A stretch of DNA of 64,000 bases from Camelus ferus (Eukaryota), in NCBI RefSeq assembly GCF_009834535.1, contig NC_045696.1, positions 120,530,001 to 120,594,000 of the forward strand, written 5' to 3'. Made by a program: the position numbers and the translations under genes. This document shows, piece after piece, positions 25,398-39,474 of the stretch (positions are counted from its first letter, which is position 1; each line of letters opens with the position of its first letter). The notes below the pieces were generated by a model, which was not told the DNA's origin, made no database searches, and saw nothing but the letters and a program-made list of their open reading frames with translations.

Positions 25398-26339
25398 AGG
25401 GTTTGGAAACTATATATATATATACAGACTAAGCATGCCAGTTATAATTCGAGATGGATGGATTTAAGAAAACAAAATAAAATCTAGCCAAAACTTTTCT
25501 AGAGACATGGCTACAAAATAAAGACATGGAAAATTTGAAGGTAAAATTATGGAAAATAGAAAGTCTACCAGGCAAATATTTTAAAAAGAAAGCTGGAATA
25601 GCTTTATTAATATCAGATAAAATATGCTTTTAAATAAAACCATTTTGTAGGGATAAGGGAGGGTCACTACATGATAAAGTGTTCAACTCATGAAAAAGAT
25701 GTGACAATTCTAAAATTTTTTAAGCATTTTTTTTTATTGAGTTGTCAGTTTACAAAAACAATTCTAAACTTTTAAGAGGGTAGTAAGATAAACCTTAGAA
25801 TGTGCAAAGGGGAAATTGAAAAAGGAGGAATTGCCAAGGAACTGTCTTCAGTGTTGGAAATTTCAGTACATCAGTTACATCAGTCCAAATACTGATACGT
25901 CGAGCTGACAAAATTTAAAGACATAAAAGATTTAATCATACGTAACAGACTTGATTTAATAGGCTTCTATAGAATCCTGTACAGAAAAATGAGACATTCT
26001 TCTGAATACATGCAACAGGGTGTTTGAATGAGGGTGGAGAATTTATAGTTGTTCATTGTGCAATTTTTAACTTACAAAACAAGGGTTAACACATCTCTTA
26101 AGAACTGGTGTCATACAATCCAAATTGATCATATTGCAGTTAAGGTAGAAATTATTACAAACTATTTTTAAAGACCATACATTTTAAAATCAAAATCACA
26201 TTTCTAAATAATTGAGACAAAAGATCATAATGAAAACTTTAAAAATACTTATAACTGTATAATAATTAAAATATTACATGTCAAAACTTGTGGAATTCAT
26301 AGTTCAGGGAAGTTTATAATTTCAATTCTTATATTAGGG

Positions 26340-27060
26340 ATTTTTTAAAATTTGCATACAATGTCACATTAGTTTCAGGTGCACCACATAACAATGTGAC
26401 ATTTATACACATTACTAGATGGTCACCATGATAAGTCTAGCTACCATCTGTCTCTATTTAAAATTTTACATTATTGACTATATTCCTCATTCTGTGTATT
26501 TTCCTCCTTGTGACTTATTTATTTTATAACTGGAAGTTTGAGCCTCTTAATTTCCTTCACCTATTTCGCCCATCACTCCCCACTCCTCTCTGGCAACCAC
26601 CAGTTCTCTGTATCTGTGAATCTGTTTCTGATTTTTTTTTCATTTGTTTTGTTTTTTAGATTCCACAGGTAAGTGAAATCATACGGTATTTGTCTTTCTC
26701 TGTCTGACTTGTTCTTTAACTTAGCATAATACCATCCAAGTCCATCCACATTGTTATAAATGGCAAGATTTCATTCTTTTTTATGGCTGAGTAATATTCC
26801 ATTGTATGTATGTATATGTGTGTTACACACACACACACACACACGTATCACATCTTTATCCAGTCATCTATCAAGAGACACTTAGGTTTCTTCCATATCT
26901 TGGCTGTTGTAAATACTGCTCCAGTGAACGTAGGGGTGCATGTATTTTTTCAAAGTAGCATTTTCCTTTTCTTCAGGCAAATACCAAGAAGTGGAGTTGC
27001 TGGATCTCATGTAGTTCTATTTTTACTTTTTTGAGGAAACTCCGTATGGTTTTCCATAGT
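26340..27060 (-). mobile_element. Older L1M 3' end, inserted in ancient + strand L1 remnants (about 25430-27300)
   Basis: ttagattccacaggtaagtgaaatcatacggtatttgtctttctc; ttggctgttgtaaatactgct. Confidence 0.8.
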
Positions 27061-29989
27061 TTTTAACACTCTAAAAGCTAATGAGCTATACATTGCTCTT
27101 AAGATGTCATAAGAAAAAAACACAAAATACACCCAAAGAATGGAACAGACCCAAAGAACGGGATAAGAGCAGAACTTACTTAGTATCTTTTAATTATAAT
27201 ATTTTTTAAAAGTATCATCAACAAAGGCAAGTTAGTTATTCTAAAACGATAATATACATATATTATGGCTTTTGCATATAGAAATATTATTTTTTGAAAT
27301 AAGGAATAATTGGAATCAAGTAGCAAGGAGAGAGAGTTGGTTTCAGTGGTGAACCATGCCGTGCTGACACACACGTGCTCCACGTCTGCCTGAGATCACA
27401 CGTGCTCCAGCCCCTGGGAACCACACTCAGGCAGACACCCACTTACTGTGCAGTGCGAGCCTTTCCGTGGGCCGTGGGGTCGGGGAGAAGCCTCTGCCTG
27501 GACTCGCGCCTCACCTTGCCGGGAGGCGGGGGAACTGTCCAGCAGCAAGTGCTTCTGAAACCCGGTCTCAGCAGGCCTGGGCGGTCAGTCCGGGAAGAGC
27601 GGGCGCCCCCTGCTGCAGGTGTCTGGCAGCGTGGGAAGGGGCTTCCCATTTAAAGGTGCAGTGCTCCACCCTTTACGAAGTAGCTGGGGTGACCACAGGG
27701 GTGGCATTTTTAGAAACCACTCCTGCCCCGTGTCCCTCCCTTCTCCACAATGCCCTAGATACACTGCAGACTCAGGTCCTCCTGTGTCTGGGAATGGGGA
27801 GATTTCCCAAGACGGCTGGGATGTGGGAGTTCAGACGTGACATCCACACTGCTGTAGGCGCCTCCGCGGGCCTTCTCTAACTCACCAGAGACTATGATAC
27901 AAGCTAACAGCCCACAGCACTGCTTCCCTGACACTGCCCGCCTGAGCCCTCAGGAGCAGAGGGGCAGAACTGAGCACTCAGGGTCAGGGGGCTGAATGCC
28001 CGCGAAGCAGGAGGCCTGGCCCTAGAGACGACTTGCCATGGCCTCAGAATGACATGCATAAGAATGAAAGGAATCTGAAAAGAAAAGAAAAAAATTATAT
28101 ATGTATATATATATAACTGGATTGCTTTGCTGTACACCTGAAACTAACATTGTAAATCAATACAAAATTAAAGAAAAAAAAAAAAAGAATGAGATCCGTC
28201 TGCTGTGAGACTCCGAGAAACACAGGTTGAAGCTAGTTCTCTGATGAGGAAAAAAAAAAGGACTGAACCGAAGCACACGCAGCCAGGCAGACAGATGGCC
28301 CTTGAGGGTGAGGCTGCAGGGCAGCCTCTCAAGCACTGAGATCCACAGAGACGTCCAGAGACAGAAAGCCACCTGCTGTAGCTTCAGCCAGACTGCAAGC
28401 ACCTGTGTCAGACTTGAAGGCAGAGACTGGCCAGAACCAGAACAAGGGAATCGTAGAAGTGGACACGGTCACCAGTGCCCAGTGAGTCAGACATCTGTCG
28501 TCATTCTGCTTTCCAAAGTATGTTTGCTCGACACACATAACGCATACTAAGATAAAAAAGCATTCTCGAAATAGCAGTCTTGTCGGCATTCTGTACCCCG
28601 TCAGCGAGCAGAGCACAGCTGGCTCCTGAATTTCTGCAGAGATGAAACGTGATCACAGGGGACTGAAATCCGCACCGAGTCCCACCCACCTCATTTTAGC
28701 TGGCTGCCGCGACTTTTTCCACAAGCTTTACTGGGGCTGGACGCAAGTTGCAAAATGAAGACAGTAGTTCATCCCTTTTGCTTTATTTTGACTCCCTGTG
28801 GTTGAAATTCCCAATCAGCAAAGAAGTATCTGAACAGTATCGAGCAAGAGAACGAATGACAGAGTGTCTACGTGATCCCCGAACACAGTAATCAAATGAT
28901 TCTTACCCAGTGCTTACTCAGTGCAAACTCCACATACAGCACAGTAGGGAAAAAATGGAAATTCAGAGATATGGTATTTATCATGTTCCACCCTTTTTAG
29001 AATAAAAAAAAATGTTTAAATAACAATACCATGCTGTAGAAGCAGTTAGCAATTTAACAACTTTTTCTTAACAAAGAGGGAGGAAGATGACAAAGATAAC
29101 TAAATTTACTATAAAGAGAATCCAGTGCAAAGGGAAGGAGAGTGAGGGTAGAGGGAAAGACCAGAGTAAATAAGAAACTCAAGCCTTGAAAATGGACTCA
29201 AAAGAATGTCCCCTCCGCCATCAGTGGAGCTGTGGTCTGTGCGTACAGACAGTTATGATTTTGGAGACCTTGAATTCATCATATTTAGTCTGGAAATTAA
29301 CAGAATATAGAGAGGAGCAAAAATGAGGGAGGGTGTGGGAAATTATGTTTGCAGTGAAATGCAGCCATGGCGGCTGTTCTTGGTGACCGGGAGGAGTTGA
29401 TCAAGTTAGTACATCCCCAGTAGCACGGACAGGAGCCCAGACGTGTTGAATACAATGCATGGGGGCTCCGGGGCTGTGTAATGTGAATGGCAGGGTTCTC
29501 CTTGGGTTGATGTCTCCCTCATCCCCAACTCCCATGGTAGATGGAAGAAGACTGTGCAATGTGTGGGCATGTGAGAGAGAGACAAAGAGGCAGAAAGAGA
29601 GGAAAGCACAATGATTTAAAATTCTTTTTATGTCTTTCACTTGTTCATTGTCTAAACTGGGCTGTTTTGTGAGAGAGATCGGATTTATAGTTGGTAAAAG
29701 TAGAAAACTCCAAATGCAGAGATGGACCGTGGAGAACACTGCCACTGGTCTCCTAGTCTCAGCATTTTGGAGTTCTCCTGAATCCTCCCTTGACACAATT
29801 CGGCTCATTTATGAGGTCTTCTCCCTATTGATAAACCTCTTCTCATGTGCCACCAGGCTCCCACATACTTATCCTAAAAAATTTTTTTCTGTTTGATGCC
29901 ATACTTGACAACATTTATTCCTTCTTGCTCGTAGTCCCTGTCATTTTCACTGAGCTTACATGCCTTTGCCTCAAATACATATATGTATA

Positions 29990-32900
29990 TTTATAGTTTA
30001 TTGACGTATAGTTGATTTATAATGTTGTGTTAGTTTCAAGTATACAGTAAAGTGATTCAATTATATATATATATACTTTTCACATTCTTTTCCATTATCG
30101 TTTATTACAAGATACTGAATATAATTCCCTGTGCTATACAGTAGATCAATGTTATTTATCTATTTTATATATAGTTAGTTGTGTGTATGTTAATCCCAAA
30201 TTCCTAATTTATCCCTCTCCCTGACCCCTTTTCCCTCTGGTAACCATACTTTGTTTTCTATGTCTGTTTAAGTCTATTTCTGGTTTGTAAACAAGTTCAT
30301 TTGTATCAATTTTTTTAGATTCCCATATAAAAGATATGATTTTTGGTTTTTTCTCTCTGAGTTAACTTTCCTCAGTGTGATAATCTCCAGGTCCATCTAT
30401 GTTGCTGCAAATGGCATGATTTTTATTTTTTTATGGCTGAGTAATATTCCATTGTGTATATATACCACTTCTTTATCCAGTCATCTGTTGATGGATATTT
30501 AGGTTGTTTCCATGTCTTGGCTATTGTAAATAGTGCTGCTATGAACATTGGGGTGCATGTATCTTTTCAAATTTGGGTTTCCACTGATACATGCCCAGGA
30601 GTGGGATTGCTGGATCACAGGGGAAGTTTATTTTTAGTTTTTAAAAGGATGCTCCATACTGTTCTCCACCGTGGCTGCACCTAACTATATTCCCACCAAC
30701 AGTGTAGAGTTCTCTTTTCTCTGCACCCTCTCCAGCATTTATTATTTGTAGCCTTTTGATAATGGTCGTTCTGACTGGTGTGAGGTGACACCTCATTGTA
30801 GTCTTTTGATTTGCATTTCTCTGATAATTAGTGATATTGAGCATCTTTGCATGTGCCTGTTGCCCATCTATATATCTTCTTCAGAGAAATGTCTGTTTAA
30901 GTCTTCTGTCCATTTTTTGATTGGGTTGTTTGTTTTTTTGATATTAAACTGTGAGCTGTCTGTGTATTTTGGAAATTAGTCCCTTGTCGGTCTCATCATT
31001 TGCAAATATTTTCTCCCATTCCATAGGTTGTCTTTTCGTTTTGTTTCCTTTGCTGTACAAAAGCTTTTAAGTTTAATTAGGTCCCATTTGCTTATTTTTG
31101 CTTTTATTTCCATTACTCTAGGAGAAGGGTTGATTAAATAAATAAATAAATCAGTAAGTAAGTAAATAAATAAATAAATAAATAGCTGCAATTTATGTCA
31201 AAGAGTGTTCTGCTTATGTTTCCTCTAGGAGTTCTACAGTATCCAGTGTTACATTTAGGTCTTTAATCCATTTCGAGGTTTGTGTGTGCTTGTGTTTGTG
31301 TATGGTGTTAGAGAATGTTCTATTTTCATGCTTTTACAGGCAGCTGTCCAGTTTTCCCAGCACCACTTATTAAAGAGACTGTCTTTTGTCCATCGTATAT
31401 TCTTGCCTGCTTTGTTGTAGATTGTAAGTGTGTGGGTTTATTTCTGGGCTTTCTATCCTGTTCCAGTGATCTATGTGTCTGTTTGGGGGCCAGTACCATA
31501 CTGTTTTGATTACTGAAGCTTTGTAATAGAGTCTCAAGTCAGGGAGTGTGATTCCTTCAGCTCCGTTCTTTCTCAAGATTGCTTTGGCTACCTGGGGTCT
31601 TTTGTGTTCCTACAAATTTAATAATTTTTTTCTTCCAGTTCTGTGAAAAACTTATAGGGATTGCGTTGAATCTGTAGATTGCCTTGGGCAGTATGGCCAT
31701 TTTAACAATATTGATTCTTCCAGTCTAAGAACACTGTGTACCTTTCCATCTGTGTCATCTTCAGTTTCTTTCATCAGTGTCTTATAGTTTTCAGAGTACA
31801 GGTCCTTTGCTTCCTTATGTAGGTCTATTCCTAGCTTTTTGTTGTTGTTTTTTTTTTAATTTGATAGTAAATGAGATTGTGTCCTTAATTTCTCTTTCTG
31901 GTATTTTGTTGTTAGTGTACAGAAATGCCACAGATTTCTGTATATTAACTTAGGATCCTGAAACTTTACTAAATTCATTGATGAGCTCTAATAGTTTTCT
32001 AGTAGCATCTTTAGGATTTTCTATGTCTAGTTTCATGTCAAATGCAAACAGTGAGTTTTACTTCTTCATTTCCAACTTGGATGCCTTTTATTACTATTTC
32101 TTCCTGACTGCTGTGGCCAGGGCTTCCCAAACTATGTTGAATAAAAGTGGCGAGAGTGGGCAGCCTTGTCTTGTTCCTGATCCTAGAGGAAATGCTTTCA
32201 GCTTTTCACCAGAGTATGTTAGCTGTGGGTTTGTCATATGTGGCCTTTATTATGTTGAGGTATGTTCCCTCTGTGCCCACCTCTGGAGAGTATTTAACAT
32301 AAATAAATGTTGAATTTTATCAAGCGCTTTTCCTACATCTATTGAAATGATCATATGGTTTTTATTCCTGAATTTGTTGATGTGGTGTATCACACTGATT
32401 GGTTTGTGGATATGGAAAATCCCTGCACCCCTGGGGTAAGTCCCACTTGATCATGATGTGTGATCCTTTTTATGCAGTGTCGGAGTCGGCTTGCTAGTAT
32501 TTTGTTGGGGAGTTTTGCATCTATATTCATAAGTGATATTGGCCTGTAATTTTCTTTGTGTGTGTGTGCAATATCTTTGTCTGGTTTTGATATCAGGGTG
32601 ATGATGGCTTCCTAGAATGAGTTCGAAAGTGTTCCTTCCTCCACAATATTTTGGAAGTTTCAGAAGGAAATGTTTGGTGAATTTGCCTGTGAAGCCATCT
32701 GGCCCTGGACTTTGGTTTGTTGGGCGTTTTTTAATTACTGATTCCATTTCAGTGCTGGTAACTGGTCTATTCATATTTTCTTCTTTTCTGTTTTTTCACG
32801 GAAGCGTAGCAGTTCACAGTGCTGTGTCCGTTTCTGGTGCACAGCGTCATGTTTCAGTCGTACATATACATATGCGTATTCCTTTTCAGATTCTTTTCCA

Positions 32901-33395
32901 TCATAGGAAAAGAATTTCCACTACAAAACATAGATCGGTTCCTATTTTCTGTTTCTTCCTGATGCAGTCTTGGGAGGTTGTGCCTTCCTAAGAATTTGTG
33001 CATTTCTTCTAGACTGACCATTTTATTGGCATACAGGCGCTCACAGTAGCCTCTTATGATCCTTTGTATTTCTGTGGTGTTGGTTGTAACTTCTCCTTTT
33101 TCATTTCTGATTTTATTGATTTGGGCCTTTTTTTTTTCTTCCCCTTGTTGAGTCTGGCTAAAAGTTGATCAATTTTGTTTATCTTTTCAAAGAACCAGCT
33201 TTTAGTTTCATCGATCTTTTCCATTTTTTTAGTCTATGTTTCTGCTCTAAACTTTGATTTCTTTTCTTCTACTACCCTTGGGTTTTGTTTGTTCTTTCTC
33301 TGGTTACTTTAGGTGTAGGGGTTAGGTTGTCTGAGATATTTCTTGTTTCCTGAGGCAAGTGCGTACCGCTATACACTTCCCTCTTAGGGCTGCTT
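29990..33395 (-). mobile_element. Degraded L1, 3'UTR plus about 3 kb of ORF2, with a nested L1 3' fragment at about 32782-32932
   Basis: ORF fragments such as [22 protein letters not shown] and SPGPDGFTG; many stops and frameshifts. Confidence 0.92.
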
Positions 33396-33934
33396 ATTCT
33401 AAAAATGTTTGAGGTGCCGACGGGCCAGGCTCCACACAGCTTCTTAGCTTCCGCCCCGGCCGTCTGCCTTCCTGTGGTTCTGCACCTGTATCCAGGTGCT
33501 TCTGACAGCCTGCCATGTATCACTTCACTTTCTTACTCCATGTGTTTTCATAGTTCTTCACGGTGTCCTAAATAAGAGCCCAGTTCAGTGGGAGGAACAC
33601 TGGACTCACCATCAGAAGAGCTGGGCTGGGGTCCTGGCTCTGTCATTCTCCACCCCCATGTGCACTTGTCTTCTCAACTATAACCCACAGAGCCCTTGAA
33701 ACATGGTGTGACCAGTGTTGACTAGTCTAGGGGACCTTGATTCTTGTGGACAACATTGGTCGTGTTCATCCTCATTTTACACGTGAAGAAACAAGGATCC
33801 CTCTGGCGACATGATCTGCTCAAAGCTGCTCAGCTAGTAAGCAGAGGACCTAGAATATAAGAACGTTCTAGGGCCCAGAGCTCTTGCCACTGCCTCCCTG
33901 TGAGACACGCTTGTCTGGAATGGCTCCCTTTCTG

Positions 33935-34110
33935 TGCTGGCCAAGACAGTAGCCACCAGCTTTCGGCTAAATGAGACTAAAAATTCAGTTCCTCAGTCAC
34001 ACTAACCACATTTCAAGGGCCTGACAGCCACATGTGGCTAATGGCTGCCACGCTGGCCGGTGCAGATCACAGGACACCTCCATTGGCACAGAAGGTTTTA
34101 TTGGACAGGC
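33935..34110. mobile_element. MER3/MER33-like hAT MITE
   Basis: aaaattcagttcctcagtcacactaaccacatttcaag...agccacatgtggctaatggct. Confidence 0.7.
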
Positions 34111-34911
34111 TAGAACCTCTGGTCAGCATGTGACTTCTGATCCCCTGACTTGTCAGTCTGGCACTCAAGGCCCCCTGGACTCTGACCCCAGCCCTCCTTC
34201 ATGGCTGGGCTACTGTTGACCCCCAAATTCCTTGTGTCCCCTGCCACAGTAAGCGCTATTTCTGTGTCCCCACTGCACCTAAGACAGTGCCTCCCACAGA
34301 GCATAAACATCTGGATGACTGACGGATGGATGGATGGATGGGGAGGAAGGAGGCGGCATTCAGTCATGCTTCCATCAAACACTTGTCTCCCACGTGCTCA
34401 GCACTTCCAGGTCCCTGGGATTACTACGGTGACCAGACATGGTCTTGTGAAACTTAGCTTTCTGTCTGGGATGGTGTAAGAGTAGGGAACAAATCACAAA
34501 GAAGTTTACCCATAAATACAAATTCAGATAGTGGTAAGTGTAAGGGAAAAAATAAGAGCATGTTGTGTGGAGTGACTGGACGTGAGAGCGGGGGTGGGAA
34601 AACTATACATGTGGTGGTCACAGACGAGGTGCCGTTTGAACCAAAATCTGAATAATCAGGACCAACCATGTGAAATTCTGGGTGGAACAGACTCCACAAA
34701 GAAACTTTAGAATTACTTTTGCATAAGGTATCTTTTAAATCAGCTTCTAATATACCTACTCAGTGTCAGCCCCAAAATGAATCATCCTAATGAACTTACC
34801 CCGAAGGAAGGCTGCAACCGGGGATTTTGGGGAGAAAGGCAGAGGAGCAGAGTCTGTTACAGCTGATGTGGCATCTGCCTTCCATGACGTCTCTCTTCTT
34901 TCACTGTCTAG

Positions 34912-35170
34912 CTTTCTTCCTGGACCACATAAAGCTACCCTCAAAGAAGATGCACTGCAGAAGGCAAAATTCTTTCAATATAAAAAATACTTTCCAAGAT
35001 TAGTAAGAGGCAGCAGAGATGATACTGTTTTTACCAGAAACACATCTCATACCTTTAAATATGGAAGAAGGGTGGTAAAAACTGCTCCCAGACCACATGA
35101 TAAAGGAAGTGCTCGAACAGAAGAACTTGGCCTCAGGAAGCACGCTGAGACTCTGGACGCAGAGAACTAA
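34912..35170 (+). CDS. COL6A6: COL6A6 terminal coding exon (SFLPGPHKATLKEDALQKAKFFQ...TLDAEN*)
   Basis: ctctcttctttcactgtctag acceptor; phase 2 fits; TAA at 35168-35170. Confidence 0.93.
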
Positions 35171-38100
35171 ATCTGCCACCACGACGACGGGCAGCTCCTG
35201 TCTGGGCACCTGCCTGAATCCGGAGGGCCGCTCCGGAGGGCCAAACACGTGGTGGGTCATCGGGCAGCTGTCAGGTTGCACTCACTGGTACTGAGGTATA
35301 TACCTTGTCCATTTATGTGACCCTTCCTGATCATCCCGGCACTGACTGATATGTTCAAGAACTGTTATCATTAAAGAATGGAAGAATGAAAGAGGTGTTT
35401 TGAAAAGTCTAATGGAGGTTATGTTTGAAGGTAAATGTTGCAGAGTGTGTGTGTGTGTGTGTACACGGGCCAGTGCTAATGCTTTTGACCTGTCCTGTTC
35501 CCTTTCTGCAAACCAAGCCTTCCTGTTCAGCTTAGGACTGGTTGATGCACATGGGTTTAACCAAAGGCTAATGTTTTGGGAGATCCCAACCTTAACTGTA
35601 GAAATCGATGCTGTTTCTATGTCATAATTTTGAAAACTAGACCTTCCAAGACAGTTCCACTTGAACACACCTGTGTCTCTGTCTGGACTGACCAGACCTC
35701 CAATGGGCTTGTGCTGGAAGCTTTCCTTCACCTTCTGCAGTTGTTCACTTGCACAGGTGAGAAGCAGGTGCTTCTCCCCGGCTCCAAGTCCTCCTCCCTC
35801 ACTGAGAAACACAAAGTACATAGAGCCTCCTGCCTGGCCATTTTGAGACTTTATTCTTTCTCATTATTGTTGTTTTTTGTTTTTTGTTTTTTTTTTAACT
35901 AATCCATGTGCTTTTCAGAAGGGTAAAGACACAGTGTGTTGCGGGTGAAGCTCTGAGTTTACCCGTCAGCTAGCTCTTTAATCGAGAGGAAGCAGCACCC
36001 AACAGCACGGGCAGAGCTCAAGGAAGAGGCTTCAACGCACAGTGAGTCTGGAGAGAGAAAGGTGCTCACGTTAGAATCTACAGACCCTTACGGGGCCACA
36101 GAGCAGTGGGAGGTCAGAATGCGTGAGAGCAGGGCGGGGCTTCCAGGTGCATCTCTGCTCCCTCACTCCTCAGGCCTGTCCCGGTCACGCAGCTCATCTT
36201 AACCTGATGGCGTGGCTGATGTTGTCAACAGCTGCACACCAAGGTAGCATGGCTTAGACACAGAGCCCCCACCCCCAGCCCAGGCACCGGCGCCACGGCG
36301 GGCAGCAGCGGCCCTGCTAGGATGCGAGGGGCACGCGGTTACTGACACTAGAGACCAGCAGGTATCGTCTGACTTCCTTTCCTATGCTGCTCTCCCTGCA
36401 ACCTGGGAAAGAAGGCCGCCTGCAGTGCTTCTGTCAACCGCTTCGCCATCCTTGCTCAGGCCACTCCTCAGAAACCGCTCCCAGTGTCTCCAGAGCGCAA
36501 GGAGTCGGGTCACGTCCATGCTCAGGCAGGAAGAGCAAAGCACATCAGGGTCCTTCACGTATCCTAAGTGGTGTTTAGGGGGTCAGGGAAAATGGTTTCC
36601 AGGACAGGAAAACTGATGAGCAATGTTTAAGAGGTATTGAATAACGAGGGTTTTTCTGGTTAACTTTAAGCAAAAATTCCTTGTTTATTGTGGGACATCC
36701 TTTTAAAATGTTATTTGTCTCTTTTTCCTGCGTTGGTAAGTAAAGCACACCACACACGTACCCCCTCGGTGACTGAGACTGTGTTAGCATTCTCGGCTAT
36801 CTTTTCAGGGGTCTGATGCACAGTATGAATATTAAGTTCCTTTTAGAAAAATTAATACCTAATATTAGCATTTTCCATGATTGCTCTCTTTTTCTTAACG
36901 GGGACAGCACCAAAAGTTGGGTGTAAATTAAATGAAACCCTATTTAAACCAAAAATCACACAAATAAGCGAGGATGCTTCTTGATGCAGAATGTAAATTC
37001 ACTTCAAAGGACACTTCTCTTATCTCTGCACTGAAGTAGGAATCAAGCCTGTTAAAAAGAACCAGCAGATGTCAAAAAGAGATGCAACTCACCATGGCAG
37101 CTGAGTGTAATGTAATGATTCAGCCACGTGGCCTCTCTTTAAGGGAGGGGTCTTTTTGCGGGGAGAAGGGTTGGTCAGAAGCAGGGAACGCTCATACCTC
37201 CGCTGGCCCCTCCCACGTTTACCTGTCCTGTGGATTCTCTCAGGGTTCCAGGCTCAGGGCCACTTCAGCTTAACAGTTTATGTCTCAAAAAGATTTCCCC
37301 CAACCTCTGCAGACTGACTCGGGAGCTGGAAATGTCGTAAGTGTGGTCCTAGCAGGCTGTACGCGACACAGAGCTAATGCCCGAGACACCCCGAGTCACC
37401 GCCGCAGTGCCGCGGCTGTCCGAGCTCGCGGCCCATCGGCGTCCAGCACGCCGGCTGGCCCTTCCTGACGGGCCCCCGACAGTTTCACTGTCTACCTGTC
37501 GGAACAGTAGGTGTGCTGAATCACAGGCAGCGCCAACTGTCGTGTACTCTACTAAGGTTCAGTCATTATAGAAAAGTTTTGGAGCATTTCTTAAGTATTT
37601 TCCCGAGATTCAGATTGTTCAACTTGTTGGGTTTTACAGACTCGTGTGACTAAGTCCCAACTGAAATAACCGGAACCCCACAAATCCTTCCGCAGCACGC
37701 GGATGACAAGTACATGTGGCTACAGAGGTTCGTACGCGCACAGTAACGGAGACGCTGGAAGGTTTATTTTAGTGGGAAAGGCCCAGTTTTGGGCATGTTT
37801 TTAACAGCTTAGTCCTTTTACTCCTCTCTTTCCATGCATTTAATAAATGACACACACTGGATAAACGCAAGCTGCTGGGCCAGGTGTCAGAGTTGAGTGC
37901 AGAGCAAACAGTCACGAGGACCAAGAAGAGACAGCGCTCTGGAGCCGACACCCGGGAGACCGAGTACCCAGGGTTAAATGACCGACACACACACACACAC
38001 ACACACAGGAGCGAGACTGGGTGGAGCAGCAGTCCTCATACTGAGTCCACAGAGCTGGACCTGAGGCCTAGTCCTGAGTACCTATGACTCCAAGTCCATT

Positions 38101-38186
38101 TCTTTACACAAATGCAGCTGCCGGGGAGTTTGTTCTGCTCAAGTTCACCGTTAAAAACACCAAAAACAAATCAGGTGCTGGAACAG

Positions 38187-38192
38187 TTTATT
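38187..38192 (-). terminator. Likely PIK3R4 polyadenylation signal AATAAA
   Basis: TTTATT on + strand about 290 nt past the stop; GT/T-rich sequence follows on the minus strand (tttgtttttggtgtttt). Confidence 0.7.
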
Positions 38193-38480
38193 GGCTGCTT
38201 TGAATAGCATTTTTAACCCCTCAGCTCTGATATCTACCGTAAGAACACGCCAGGTACGGCTGTCTGGCTGAGTCTCGCTGAGGTACACGTCTGCTGGCAC
38301 GTGCCCCGCCCTCAGCCCTCTGGTGTGGAGTCTGTTTCATCATGAAACAGGGACACAGAGACATGAGTCTGAAAATAAAGCAAATGAGGCTACTCTCACT
38401 CTGTTCTCTAAAAATACTTTTTTCTTGCATTACAGTCTATTTACACATTTTTACAAATTATACATACAGGTCACCAGTTT

Positions 38481-38669
<189 letters not shown>

Positions 38670-39365
38670 TCAAGGAGAAAGCCCGGAGTTAGAGTCTGGG
38701 GCCCGCCCCGACTCTCGGGGCCGTGCTGCTCACGCTAACCGCCCCTGGGAACGGGGCCGTGCTCACAGACACTGAGCCTGGCACTCGTGAGTCCGCCGGA
38801 ACATTCCAGGTTTCCAGCCACCAGACTCCACAAGTAGCCACTTATGAACAAGCCAGTAATCTGTGCAGGTTACCTTCCAGCAACAGCAACAGAACAAAGG
38901 GGAGGCACGGAGAGGCAGAGACGGCCAGGACAGCGATGAAAACAGAGCCACCTGACGAAGGACCCGGGCCCCGCACCTTCAGGTGCGTTCGGGACCTCCC
39001 CTGCAGCTGCTTCCTGACTCAAGGCTTAGGAGCTGGTTGATATGACGTCTAAGTGACTCAGCGCTCTCATTTGTAGAAGAAAAATAATAAAGGCACCTCC
39101 TTATAAAGTTGTTTTAAGGACTTGCCAAGCATTTGAAAAGCTTGCTTTGACCTGTGTCCTTATATGGGTACTTTCTATATGCTAATTATACTTTAATAAT
39201 AGTTAACTTAAAAAATATGAAAGGCCAAGAGAAAATAAACTATAAACTGTATTTCTTAAACTCACAGTGCCACTCTTGGCCAAGGTCATTTTATTTGAAT
39301 CAACTCACTATCTCTGAAAGCCATTTTTGTTCCTACAAAAGTTGAAACACATGATCTGTGTGTAC

Positions 39366-39474
39366 CTGGACAACCTCCGTGCCTTCGATTATCTTCTTGC
39401 TGTAGGACACAGACAGGGCATTTGTGCTTCCAACGACAACATAGGACCTCTCGGGGTACGCCAAGTCCCAAAAC
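39366..39474 (-). CDS. PIK3R4: PIK3R4 exon ([37 protein letters not shown]), 109 nt
   Basis: ttccctag acceptor, gtacac donor, phase 2/0. Confidence 0.95.

Noticed and set aside
35219..35242. Direct repeat tccggagggcc x2 in the COL6A6 3'UTR
   Set aside because: Only two short copies; consistent with a small local duplication, with no evidence of function.
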